Assembly: GCA_934096815.1 (NCBI GenBank)
Contig: CAKOMY010000001.1
Location: forward strand, 156,614-220,613
Direction: 5' to 3'
Length of the DNA: 64,000 nucleotides
Source of the DNA: an uncultured Bacilli bacterium
Lineage (GTDB): Bacteria; Bacillota_I; Bacilli_A; RF39; UBA660
Below the pieces are notes generated by a model. That model was not told the DNA's origin, ran no database searches, and worked only from the letters and a program-made list of their open reading frames with translations. The translations under genes and the position numbers were made by a program. The number at the start of each line of letters is the position of its first letter. Positions within the stretch are counted from its first letter, which is position 1. Shown piece after piece: positions 19,123-27,834 of this stretch.

Positions 19123-20097
19123 CTAATCATTATATTTTGAATCTATACCAAAATAACTTTCCATAGTAATCCAGTTACCATTATTGTAAAGTTCTTTTGC
19201 TAATTCTTTTCCAACATATCTAATGTGCCATGGTTCATAAATGTATCCTGTTTCGTTTGTTTTGCCTTCTGGATATCTTAATATGTATCCATAAATGTAT
19301 GCGTTTTTAGCTATCCATTTTCCTTCTGCTGTATCTTTAAATGAATTTGATATAGTATTTAAGTCAAAAGCAAGTCCGGTTTGATGTTCTGATGCTCCTG
19401 GTCTTGCAGAAAATGTATCTGCTGCTTTTTTACCATTTCTTTTAATATAGCCGTTATATAAATCATTTTGATAATCGTAAGAACGATAACCACTTTGGGC
19501 CCATAAATTTAAACCTAGACTAGCTGCATCACTTTTCATTAGTTTCCATGCTTCATATGCGTCTTTATCAAGTGGGTTTCGATCAAAACCATCTGATGGT
19601 ACTGTTTTGTATGGATTAACTGGTTTCCAATCTTTAGTTAATTTATATGTTTTATTTACTACTAAAATATTATTTATATAATATGCACCATTTCGGTATT
19701 CAATTGTGTATCCTTTAGATGTTTTATTTGAAATGCTGCTATTTTGATTTTGTTTACTTGTTGTTTTAATCGTAGTAGTTGTAGTTGTTGCACTTGGTTT
19801 TGTAGTTGTCGTTGAAGAAGTTGTTGTACTTGTGATTGTGGTAGTAGATTCTGTCTTTTCTTCATTTTCATCTTCAAATGGTTCCTTATTTTTTTCTTCT
19901 TGTTTATTATTATCATTTTTGTTATTACAGCATAAGTAAGTGCTTATGCCAATAAGCAAAATATCAATTAGTAAAATTATTATTAATACACTCTTACGAT
20001 ATTTTTTCTTTACTTTTTTTCTATTTTTTATAAAGTAGTAATTTAACACTAATAAAATAAGTAAGATTATAAAAAACATAACTAATTTTATATCCAT
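19123..20097 (-). CDS. Membrane-anchored D-Ala-D-Ala carboxypeptidase (peptidase M15B / VanY-like) with a Thr/Ser-rich linker
   Basis: N-terminal TM, a Thr-rich low-complexity linker (TTTITSTTTSSTTTTKPSATTTTTT), then the M15 motifs SEHQTGLAFDL and EPWHIRYVG. Confidence 0.8.
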   Translation of the reverse strand: MDIKLVMFFIILLILLVLNYYFIKNRKKVKKKYRKSVLIIILLIDILLIGISTYLCCNNKNDNNKQEEKNKEPFEDENEEKTESTTTITSTTTSSTTTTKPSATTTTTTIKTTSKQNQNSSISNKTSKGYTIEYRNGAYYINNILVVNKTYKLTKDWKPVNPYKTVPSDGFDRNPLDKDAYEAWKLMKSDAASLGLNLWAQSGYRSYDYQNDLYNGYIKRNGKKAADTFSARPGASEHQTGLAFDLNTISNSFKDTAEGKWIAKNAYIYGYILRYPEGKTNETGYIYEPWHIRYVGKELAKELYNNGNWITMESYFGIDSKYND

Positions 20098-20099
20098 TT

Positions 20100-20903
20100 T
20101 TATTCTCCATATTCCACATTATTTTCTTTAAGAAAATTAATAATATCGGTACTATTTATAACTATTCCAACTCTTTTAATTAATTCATTATTAACATAAA
20201 TGTTTTTATTTGATGATAGCATTCCTAGAATTTTTCCTTCTTTATTTAAAACTGGACCACCATTCATTCCAATGTATATTTCATTACTTATTTCAAATTC
20301 AGAAATATTTCCATTTTCATCTATTAAATTTCTTGTTACTATTCCTGTTATTGGATATGATGGAAAATTCATTTTCTTATAGGTTAACTCTATGTCATTA
20401 TTTTCTTTGTTATAAATAAAAGTTTCATATTCTGGGAAAGCAAATCCAATTCCAACAAAATCTTGTCCTTGCGTAATTTTACTATTTTCAAATTTAGGAA
20501 ATTTACTAATTAATAAATTATTATTTGTATTTTTTATTAATGCTAAATTTAAGTATTTGTGAAAAACGATTTCAATATTTGTTATACTTTCAGCTACATC
20601 GACAATTTGTATACAGATATTTGTGATGGTTTTATCATTTAAATCATATTTCTTTTCTATCTTTTTAATTTGTTTAGAATTTTTATTTTGCATTTCGGCA
20701 AATATAGGGGTAAAAACATCTTTTGTATCAACTGATAAGATAATATTTTCAGCTATTTCTTTAGTTGTAATCATGTCTCCATTTTGATTTACAACTATAA
20801 TGGTTCCTATATCATTTAAAATATCGTTTACGCCATAATATTTCTTACCAATTATCATTGGTCTAATAAAATTTAAGGCCTCTTTACAAGCTTTTTTGTA
20901 CAT
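20100..20903 (-). CDS. Hypothetical protein with degenerate trypsin-like (S1) signature
   Basis: IGMNGGPVLNKEGKILGM resembles the GNSGGP catalytic-Ser motif, but with Asn at the Ser position. No clear His/Asp partners were identified. Confidence 0.35.
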   Translation of the reverse strand: MYKKACKEALNFIRPMIIGKKYYGVNDILNDIGTIIVVNQNGDMITTKEIAENIILSVDTKDVFTPIFAEMQNKNSKQIKKIEKKYDLNDKTITNICIQIVDVAESITNIEIVFHKYLNLALIKNTNNNLLISKFPKFENSKITQGQDFVGIGFAFPEYETFIYNKENNDIELTYKKMNFPSYPITGIVTRNLIDENGNISEFEISNEIYIGMNGGPVLNKEGKILGMLSSNKNIYVNNELIKRVGIVINSTDIINFLKENNVEYGE

Positions 20904-20913
20904 AATTAACCTG

Positions 20914-21096
20914 TTAATAATTTTTATCTTTAATTATTAGAACTAATCCGTAAAGTTCTAATAAAATAGATAAGACCATTAAAATAATGATATAAATATC
21001 ACTTATATCTACATATTTATTTATAAATAAAGTTATTAGTAAACCTATTAAACCTTCAAATATTCTAATTAAACCAATTGGCATTTTTCTTTTCAT
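20914..21096 (-). CDS. Small membrane protein (60 aa)
   Basis: Two TM helices. AAGGTGG RBS 5 nt before the ATG. First gene of the minus-strand operon. Confidence 0.4.
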   Translation of the reverse strand: MKRKMPIGLIRIFEGLIGLLITLFINKYVDISDIYIIILMVLSILLELYGLVLIIKDKNY

Positions 21097-21221
21097 TTTC
21101 CCCACCTTAGTAAATTATATCATTAGGAAGCTTAGTTTGTATAGTTAATTATTAATTTTTCGTCAATTTTTTAAATTTGTAAAATTAATTTTTGATTAAA
21201 TATTACATATACTTATATTAG

Positions 21222-21740
21222 GTGATTTTTATGGTTTTAAATTATTTTATATTAAATTTTTTAATAATTTCGACATTGGGAACATTAAATCATTTTTTGT
21301 ATGCTTGGTTTGGTAAATTAAAGATATTAAAGTTATTTTTTGCTTCTAGTGAAAGTATATTTGAACATATGAAATTAGTGCTTTATCCAAGTATATTAGG
21401 TATGTTTTTTTCAATGATATTTTTTAATTATAATAATATTATTTTTTCTTGTAGTGTTGGATTACTTGTTTCAATATTTTTAATTCCTGTTTTATATTAT
21501 ATAAGTTTATTTGTTTTTAAGAAAAATATTGGATTTATTAATATATTAATATTTTTTGTTTCAGTTTTTCTAGGATGTATTAGTAATATATTTATTATTG
21601 AAAATAATATTACTTGTAACTTAAATCTAGTTGGTATAATAATTTATTTGATAATGATAATTTATTTTGCATATTATAGTTTTTATCCAAAAAAATATGG
21701 TATTTATAAAGAACCATTAAAAAAGAACTCTACTTATTAG
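21222..21740 (+). CDS. Polytopic membrane protein, hypothetical
   Basis: 172 aa with 4-5 hydrophobic segments. Confidence 0.35.
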   Translation: MIFMVLNYFILNFLIISTLGTLNHFLYAWFGKLKILKLFFASSESIFEHMKLVLYPSILGMFFSMIFFNYNNIIFSCSVGLLVSIFLIPVLYYISLFVFKKNIGFINILIFFVSVFLGCISNIFIIENNITCNLNLVGIIIYLIMIIYFAYYSFYPKKYGIYKEPLKKNSTY

Positions 21741-21990
21741 TGTTCTCATAATAGTTACGTTCAGCTAGTTCTCTTATAACTTCATCTAAATCATCATAGT
21801 CATCTTCTTCTAATATTTCTTCTCCTAGAAAGATAATTGATGATAGGTTTAAATTTTGAAAATCTATTTCATATTTATTAAGAACTTCAATTTGATAATT
21901 TGTTAAATATAATTTTTCATTAACTTTAACTAACTTATTTTTATTAAAATCTATATCATTTAATAATTCATTTATGTTATATTCTTTCAT
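21730..21990 (-). CDS. Hypothetical acidic 86-aa protein
   Basis: Its ATG overlaps the TGA stop of the upstream small ORF (ATGA), suggesting translational coupling. Confidence 0.4.
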   Translation of the reverse strand: MKEYNINELLNDIDFNKNKLVKVNEKLYLTNYQIEVLNKYEIDFQNLNLSSIIFLGEEILEEDDYDDLDEVIRELAERNYYENTNK

Positions 21991-22163
21991 TCAAATAACT
22001 TAGTTATGTCTATTATTCCTTTTGTTTGTAGATAATAGATTATGCCTCCGATAATTGCTAAAATTAGGGTGCAAACTAGAAAACCAACGAATGTATTTCC
22101 TTGGTAAGGTTTATTTTCTCCTGGAACTATTTCTAATTTTTTATTTAATCTATTATTATCCAT
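21987..22163 (-). CDS. Small membrane protein (58 aa), absent from the ORF track
   Basis: AAGGAGA RBS 7 nt before the ATG at 22163. Single TM helix (FVGFLVCTLILAIIGGIIYYL). The TGA stop overlaps the start of the next gene. Confidence 0.4.
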   Translation of the reverse strand: MDNNRLNKKLEIVPGENKPYQGNTFVGFLVCTLILAIIGGIIYYLQTKGIIDITKLFE

Positions 22164-22314
22164 AACTTTTCTCCTTAAGTTAATTATATATTGCTATTTT
22201 ATATTTTTCAAATATTATTTAATGTAAAAATTATTGTAAATATACAAAAAGTTTACATTTTATAAATTGATATGTTATAAAAAATATGGTAAAGTTTAGA
22301 TAGTAGGTGTTGAT

Positions 22315-23121
22315 ATGAATATATTAGAAAAATTTAGTAATTTATTATCAAGCAATAATAGTGTTAAAACTGAAATAATTAATAATATATGTAATAAATA
22401 TAGTATCGAATTTCCTTTTAGTATGGATGATTTTATTAAAATTGATAGATCAGATATTAGTAATATATTAAAAGAATATGATCAAGATAATTACAATGAA
22501 TTATTAGATGCTTTTAATATGAATATGACTGTTATTAAAATGTATAATAGTAATCCATCTAGTATGTTTTTTAAAGAAAAATATGAACAAGCAATTCTTT
22601 ATATAAATAATTTAGTTATTAATATTAATGCTTATTTTTCTAAGATAAATAGTGATATATCTAATGAGATAAAAGATAAATATAATAAAATTATAACTAA
22701 AGATGGAATAAATGATACAATTGCTAATTTAGATGAGTTAGATTCTTTATTAGATTCTTTAAATATTACTTTATATGAAAAAGGAAAGATTAAACAGGAA
22801 GTTGGTAAGTCAAATGTAAGACTGGCGATTACTAATAAAAAGATAAGTGAAGAAGATAAAAAGTTATTTGAAAAGATAGAGCAAATAATTAAAGATGAAT
22901 CTAAATTAATAAGTGGTGTATCAAAAGATATGATAGAGGATTATATAAATGGTAATTTGGAAGAAGATAATCCTGATTTAAGAATGGTTACATTAATTAC
23001 AGGAATGTATAGTGAAATGAATAAAGCTAAAAATAATTTAGGAAATAGTTCATTATATAACTATAGTATTAAACTTATAAACGAATATATTAATGCTTAT
23101 GAAAAATTAAAAGAAGAATAA
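22315..23121 (+). CDS. Hypothetical protein A of a three-gene block
   Basis: 268 aa, acidic and Asn/Lys-rich, with no TM segment or signal peptide. Confidence 0.5.
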   Translation: MNILEKFSNLLSSNNSVKTEIINNICNKYSIEFPFSMDDFIKIDRSDISNILKEYDQDNYNELLDAFNMNMTVIKMYNSNPSSMFFKEKYEQAILYINNLVININAYFSKINSDISNEIKDKYNKIITKDGINDTIANLDELDSLLDSLNITLYEKGKIKQEVGKSNVRLAITNKKISEEDKKLFEKIEQIIKDESKLISGVSKDMIEDYINGNLEEDNPDLRMVTLITGMYSEMNKAKNNLGNSSLYNYSIKLINEYINAYEKLKEE

Positions 23122-23151
23122 AAGGTAAATTAAATAGAAAGGGGAATATAT

Positions 23152-24990
23152 ATGAGTGAGAAAGAATTTATTATTTCGTTATGCAATAAATATATAGAAG
23201 ATTTAGATAATAATGATAATAATAAAAATGTATCTTATTTTAAGGATGTATTACATCAAATTAATGAAAATTCTTCTTATATGTATGATTTTATAATAGG
23301 TATTAGTGAAAATTTAATTTTGGAATTGTTTAAAGATGATGAAGATAAAAAAGAGTTTATATTAGGGTTTAATGATTTAAAGAGTAAGATTATGTCTTTT
23401 AATGGTGATAATTCGAGTATTAAATTAACTTCTGATGAAAATAAAATTATAGATAGATTTAAAGAGTTAATAGTTAGATATGTAAATTCAAGTAGTAGTG
23501 ATTCTGATACTGTTAAAGATTTTATTTTAAGATTGAATAATAATTCTAGTTTGTTAGAAAGTGATTACGACTTGGTTGAAAAATTAATATATTTATATGA
23601 AAAAGATAGTACAGATGCATTATTTGAAGAGGCTATGGATTATTTAAATAGATATAATATTTCTTTAATTAGAAAGTTTAGTAAGAAAGCAAAGACTCCT
23701 GTTAAGTATACTAAAGTTGGGGAATCTAACTCAAATGAGGATAAGGTTAATGAAGATAATAAGGCAAATCCATTTGAAAATATGGTTAGTTTTGAATATG
23801 TTCCTAAAGAAAAATCTAGAGTCAATCGTAAGAAAAAAAATGATAAGTTAAAAGAAGATGAAGGAGTAGATTTTAATAGTCTATTTAGTAAATATAATTT
23901 TAATTATGATGAATTACAAACCAATTATAAAAATAAATTAAATAGTTGTGATATAGAAAAACTTGAATCATTTTTAAAATATTTAAATGATAATACTAAA
24001 TTGAGTGGTATTAATAATAATAGTCGTATTTTAGGACTTCTTTTAACAGAATCAAGTAAAGAAGCTTTCGAATATGTTAATAATGATTTGATAAACAACT
24101 ATAGTTTTAACATAGAAGATTTAGATGATGTATTAAAAAGATATACTGCTATTTATTTAGATGGTGGATTAGATAATTTTAAGAAAAATGCTGAACTATT
24201 GACATCATGTGGTGTAAAAGAAATAGCTGCAGAAGTTATAAATAATGTTGTGTTTTTTAATAATAATTATGATGATAATTATAAAAATTATGTAATTCTT
24301 AAGGAAATGGGAATTAACGCTGATGCTATTTTAAAAGATGCTTTAAATGTATTTAGTACTGATTTTGATTTATTATGTAAAAATATAAAAGTATTGGATT
24401 CATATGGCTTTGATTTAAGAGATGAAGAAGATTTTAAAAGCTTTAGTGTATTACTAATTTTGGATTTAGCTAAAGCAATAGATATGTTTATAGAAATGGG
24501 ATATAGTGAGTATATTCATGATAAACCAGAATTAACACTTAGAAATATTAAATCTTTGATTATTAAAAGAATATTGTTTGCTTATAAGAATGGTTTAGAT
24601 ATGTGGGATAATTATAGTGAAAATTGTCCTTATAAAAAGAATGATAAGTATGAGGAAATGATTAAGAATAAGGATGTTCTTGATGAAAAAGAAATAGATT
24701 TATTAATTAAAGAGTATCCTATTTTGTCTTTACTTGATTCTGGTATGCGTATTACGACTTTTAATGATCCTTATTTTGGAAGTATTAGAAGAAAAACAGA
24801 GTTTGTTTTTGATAATAAGATTGTTTCAAGAATTAAAACGTATAGTATATTTAAATGTTTAATAACAAATGGAGTTAATGAGAAGGAAGCCTTACTTTAT
24901 GCTTTATCATATAATATGGATTTAAATATGGCTGAATATGAAATCTTAAAAAAAGTTGTTTATAGAAATAATGAGGTTAGTACATTATGA
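23152..24990 (+). CDS. Hypothetical 612-aa protein with tandem ~30-35-aa helical repeats in the C-terminal half
   Basis: Repeating L-x3-G-(I/V)-x...-L/F units, for example LLTSCGVKEIAAEVI, ILKEMGINADAILKDAL, IEMGYSEYIHDKPELTL. No enzymatic motif found. Confidence 0.5.
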   Translation: MSEKEFIISLCNKYIEDLDNNDNNKNVSYFKDVLHQINENSSYMYDFIIGISENLILELFKDDEDKKEFILGFNDLKSKIMSFNGDNSSIKLTSDENKIIDRFKELIVRYVNSSSSDSDTVKDFILRLNNNSSLLESDYDLVEKLIYLYEKDSTDALFEEAMDYLNRYNISLIRKFSKKAKTPVKYTKVGESNSNEDKVNEDNKANPFENMVSFEYVPKEKSRVNRKKKNDKLKEDEGVDFNSLFSKYNFNYDELQTNYKNKLNSCDIEKLESFLKYLNDNTKLSGINNNSRILGLLLTESSKEAFEYVNNDLINNYSFNIEDLDDVLKRYTAIYLDGGLDNFKKNAELLTSCGVKEIAAEVINNVVFFNNNYDDNYKNYVILKEMGINADAILKDALNVFSTDFDLLCKNIKVLDSYGFDLRDEEDFKSFSVLLILDLAKAIDMFIEMGYSEYIHDKPELTLRNIKSLIIKRILFAYKNGLDMWDNYSENCPYKKNDKYEEMIKNKDVLDEKEIDLLIKEYPILSLLDSGMRITTFNDPYFGSIRRKTEFVFDNKIVSRIKTYSIFKCLITNGVNEKEALLYALSYNMDLNMAEYEILKKVVYRNNEVSTL

Positions 24991-25280
24991 TAGATTATTT
25001 AGAAGAATATATTACTTTAGAAGAGTTAAAAGTTGTAAAATATAATTTTAGTAGTCAAGATAAGAATAATTTTAATTATTATGAGCAAAATATTAGAGAA
25101 GTGCTAGATTATTTGAAGAGTATTGGAGTAGTTAATTTTAAGGATATTTTGTTGTATAGAAAAGATATTTGTTTAAAGAATTTAGATATTCTTAAAGATG
25201 AGATTAATAAGATAAATAAGAATTTAATGGTTTATTTATTTAATAACGATATTTCTAATTTAATAAATTTAAATATTTAA
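24987..25280 (+). CDS. Hypothetical 97-aa protein, translationally coupled to the 612-aa gene
   Basis: ATGA start/stop overlap at 24987-24990. Confidence 0.45.
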   Translation: MIDYLEEYITLEELKVVKYNFSSQDKNNFNYYEQNIREVLDYLKSIGVVNFKDILLYRKDICLKNLDILKDEINKINKNLMVYLFNNDISNLINLNI

Positions 25281-25287
25281 AAATATT

Positions 25288-25314
25288 TTAGCACTTTTAC
25301 TTGACAAGTGCTAA
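25288..25314. promoter_or_regulatory. CIRCE-like HrcA operator overlapping the -35 of the hsp20 promoter
   Basis: TTAGCACTT-N9-AAGTGCTAA against the CIRCE consensus TTAGCACTC-N9-GAGTGCTAA, with one symmetric change per arm. TTGACA (25301-25306), a 17-nt spacer, then TATAAC. Confidence 0.7.
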
Positions 25315-25359
25315 TTAGAGTGGTATAACTATAATTGTGAAAGGAAGAGTGATTAGATT

Positions 25360-25752
25360 ATGAATATAATCCCAAGAGGTTTTTTCTTCGATGATGATTT
25401 AGATGATTTCTTTAAACCAGTTGTAAGAAAAAATGATGTAAAATGTGATATCTATGAGGAGGATGGTATGTACCATGTAGAAATGGATGTACCGGGATAC
25501 GATAAGAAAGATATTAAATTAGAAGTTAAAGATGGTTATTTAACTGTTAGTGCTTCTAAGGAGAAAGAAGAAAAAGAAACTAAGAAAAATTATATTAGAA
25601 AAGAAAGAACAATCGGTTCATTTAGTAGATCTTTTGCTTTAGGTGATATTGATGTTGATAAAATAGATGCTAAATTTGAAAATGGTATCTTAAATATTAC
25701 TATTCCTAAAGAAGAAAAAGTTGAAGCTAAGAAAACTATTGAAATTAAATAA
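25360..25752 (+). CDS. hsp20: Small heat-shock protein (Hsp20/alpha-crystallin family)
   Basis: Alpha-crystallin domain (YHVEMDVPGYDKKDIKLEVKDGYLTVSA ... FENGILNITIPK). Confidence 0.9.
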   Translation: MNIIPRGFFFDDDLDDFFKPVVRKNDVKCDIYEEDGMYHVEMDVPGYDKKDIKLEVKDGYLTVSASKEKEEKETKKNYIRKERTIGSFSRSFALGDIDVDKIDAKFENGILNITIPKEEKVEAKKTIEIK

Positions 25753-25757
25753 TTATG

Positions 25758-25783
25758 AAAGTACTCGAAAGAGTGCTTTTTTT
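25758..25783 (+). terminator. Terminator of hsp20
   Basis: AAAGTACTC-GAAA-GAGTGCTTT followed by a T-run. Confidence 0.7.
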
Positions 25784-25861
25784 AGTGAATTATTTATTGA
25801 TAAGATATTGATTATAAATTATTTTTTTGTTAAAGTTAAGATAGTAATAGAGGAGTTTGTG

Positions 25862-27166
25862 ATGAAAGAAGATTTAAATTTATTAGAAAATAATAATGAT
25901 TTTAAAGAAATTATTAATAGAAAAGGGAGTAATGCTGGTAAACTTATAGTAGTTATTATTTTATTTTTGTTGATGATTGGGCTTGGTGTTGGTGGTTATG
26001 TTTTTTACAAATTTAATAATTCACCTAAAGTTTTATTTGTTAAAACACTTAGTAAATATACTTTATTAAAGAATGATAGTAATGATTTAATTAATTTTTT
26101 ATCTAAACTTAAAGATGGTTATACGTTTTCGATTAATAATAATGTTAAAATAAAAAGTGATAAAGAAGAAATTATGAATGCATTAGTTAATATTAAATTA
26201 ACTAATAATTTTGAAAAGAAATTAGCTAATTTAGATATAAATTTTGATGATAATAATGGAAGTGTTATTAATTTTAATTCTTTAATGGAAGAAAATAGAA
26301 CATATTTAAAACTTAATGATATTTTTGATAAATATTATTACTTGGATGAAGATAATTCTTCATTGTTTGAGGATAGTGAAATTGTTGATGATAGTAAGTT
26401 AATAGAGGTTGTTTCTAATTCTTTTAGTAGTTATTTTACTGATGATAAATTTTCAAAAGAAAATGTAGATGATAATGTTAAAATAACTGTTGGCTTAAAT
26501 GATAAAGATTTTTATGATTTAATTAATTTGATTGTTAATGATTTAAAAAATAGTAAGGTGTTAGAGGTTTATGCTAGTAAAGAATTTCCTATTGAAGATA
26601 TTTATAAGGGATTGGATGATTTTCTTAGTGAACTTAAAAATGAATTAAATTTAGAAAGTAAGGATATTACATATAGCTATAGTATTTATGAAAAAAATAA
26701 TAAATTAATTAAGCAAGAACTTAGTATTAGAGATATTTTAGTAGCAATTGAAGGTGATACTAAAGGAAATATTTATGTTTATAATGAGGGAAAGATTGTT
26801 TTAACTGGAAATTATAATAAAAATTATTTTAAGTTATCCTATGAAGAAGATGGTGTAAATCTTAATTTAAGTATAGATTATAAAAATAATACTTCAGCTA
26901 GTGAATTTGATTCTAACTATAATATTGTACTAAGAATAAATGAATTAACTATAAGTGATTATGTTAAGCTAAATATTAATGATAATAAGGAGATATTAGA
27001 AATTGATAAAGAAAATTCAAAAAAGATTGATGATATAACCGCTGAGGAAGAAGAACAAATTTATAATAAGTTATTTGAAATTCCTCTTATTTCTTCTTAT
27101 ATGAATATGTATGATAATTTAAATAATTCAAATGATATAAATTATGATTTAAATACAGAAATGTAG
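25862..27166 (+). CDS. Membrane-anchored hypothetical protein (N-terminal TM, large extracytoplasmic domain)
   Basis: AGGAG RBS 6 nt before the ATG at 25862. TM segment LIVVIILFLLMIGLGVGGYVF. Confidence 0.5.
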   Translation: MKEDLNLLENNNDFKEIINRKGSNAGKLIVVIILFLLMIGLGVGGYVFYKFNNSPKVLFVKTLSKYTLLKNDSNDLINFLSKLKDGYTFSINNNVKIKSDKEEIMNALVNIKLTNNFEKKLANLDINFDDNNGSVINFNSLMEENRTYLKLNDIFDKYYYLDEDNSSLFEDSEIVDDSKLIEVVSNSFSSYFTDDKFSKENVDDNVKITVGLNDKDFYDLINLIVNDLKNSKVLEVYASKEFPIEDIYKGLDDFLSELKNELNLESKDITYSYSIYEKNNKLIKQELSIRDILVAIEGDTKGNIYVYNEGKIVLTGNYNKNYFKLSYEEDGVNLNLSIDYKNNTSASEFDSNYNIVLRINELTISDYVKLNINDNKEILEIDKENSKKIDDITAEEEEQIYNKLFEIPLISSYMNMYDNLNNSNDINYDLNTEM

Positions 27167-27254
27167 TAAAGGTTTAAACTTTTTAAAATTTTTGGTTGTA
27201 TCTACTATTATGGTTGTGATATATTAATGGTGTTATATTTTTAACATTATTAAT

Positions 27255-27330
27255 GGCCTGTTGGTGAAATGGTTAACACATAGCCCTCTCAAGGCTACAT
27301 TTATGGGTTCGAACCCCATACAGGTCACCA
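27255..27330 (+). tRNA. tRNA-Glu with anticodon CUC
   Basis: 76-nt cloverleaf: 7-bp acceptor stem with one G-U, U8, A14, TTCGAAC T-loop, G53-C61, discriminator A, and an encoded CCA. Anticodon loop CUCUCAA. Overall sequence is very close to Bacillus tRNA-Glu except that position 34 is C. Confidence 0.85.
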
Positions 27331-27346
27331 ATAAAATTGATAAAAT

Positions 27347-27368
27347 GCCTTAAGATAAGGCTTTTTTT
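27347..27368 (+). terminator. Terminator after the tRNA
   Basis: GCCTTA-AGA-TAAGGC followed by T7. Confidence 0.7.
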
Positions 27369-27429
27369 AGTTTTTAATTTAAAATTTATGATAATTTTAA
27401 AAAAGTACCCTTTAGTAGGTACTTAAATA

Positions 27430-27732
27430 TTATTTGTGTTTAATTATGTTTAAATGATCTGTATGGTTTATTTCATCTTCAGATATAGGTCTTTGCTCAT
27501 GATAAGCAAAATGATTTGATTCTGTCATGATATGATTATTGATATCAGTAATTAATTTCCATAATTCTTCTTCTTTTTGCTTATCTTCTTTACTTAGTGC
27601 TTCTTTGTATTCTAAAGCAAGTTTATTTCTTATGTCCATATATTTTTTTATTAGTTCTATTCTATATTCTTTTTCATTCATTTGTTTTTTCTCCTTTAAA
27701 CATATTTTACTATTTTTATAAGTAATAATCAC
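27430..27732 (-). CDS. Hypothetical 100-aa protein
   Basis: Charged and helical, with no motif. Confidence 0.35.
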   Translation of the reverse strand: MIITYKNSKICLKEKKQMNEKEYRIELIKKYMDIRNKLALEYKEALSKEDKQKEEELWKLITDINNHIMTESNHFAYHEQRPISEDEINHTDHLNIIKHK

Positions 27733-27834
27733 TTAAAATATAAAGGTTTTTACATTAAATTTACGCTTGTTATGCCTTGATTATAGTATTTTTGTGTAAT
27801 ATAATTAATTTGTTTATTAAGGAGGAATTGTATT

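Noticed and set aside
19740-19880. Nucleotide-level repeat inside the VanY-like gene.
   Set aside because: It is the coding sequence of a Thr/Ser-rich linker (ACT/ACA runs), not a non-coding repeat or a separate feature.
25758-25783. Second half-CIRCE (GAGTGCT) downstream of hsp20.
   Set aside because: It is part of the terminator stem. There is no matching left arm at 9-nt spacing, so the resemblance is coincidental.
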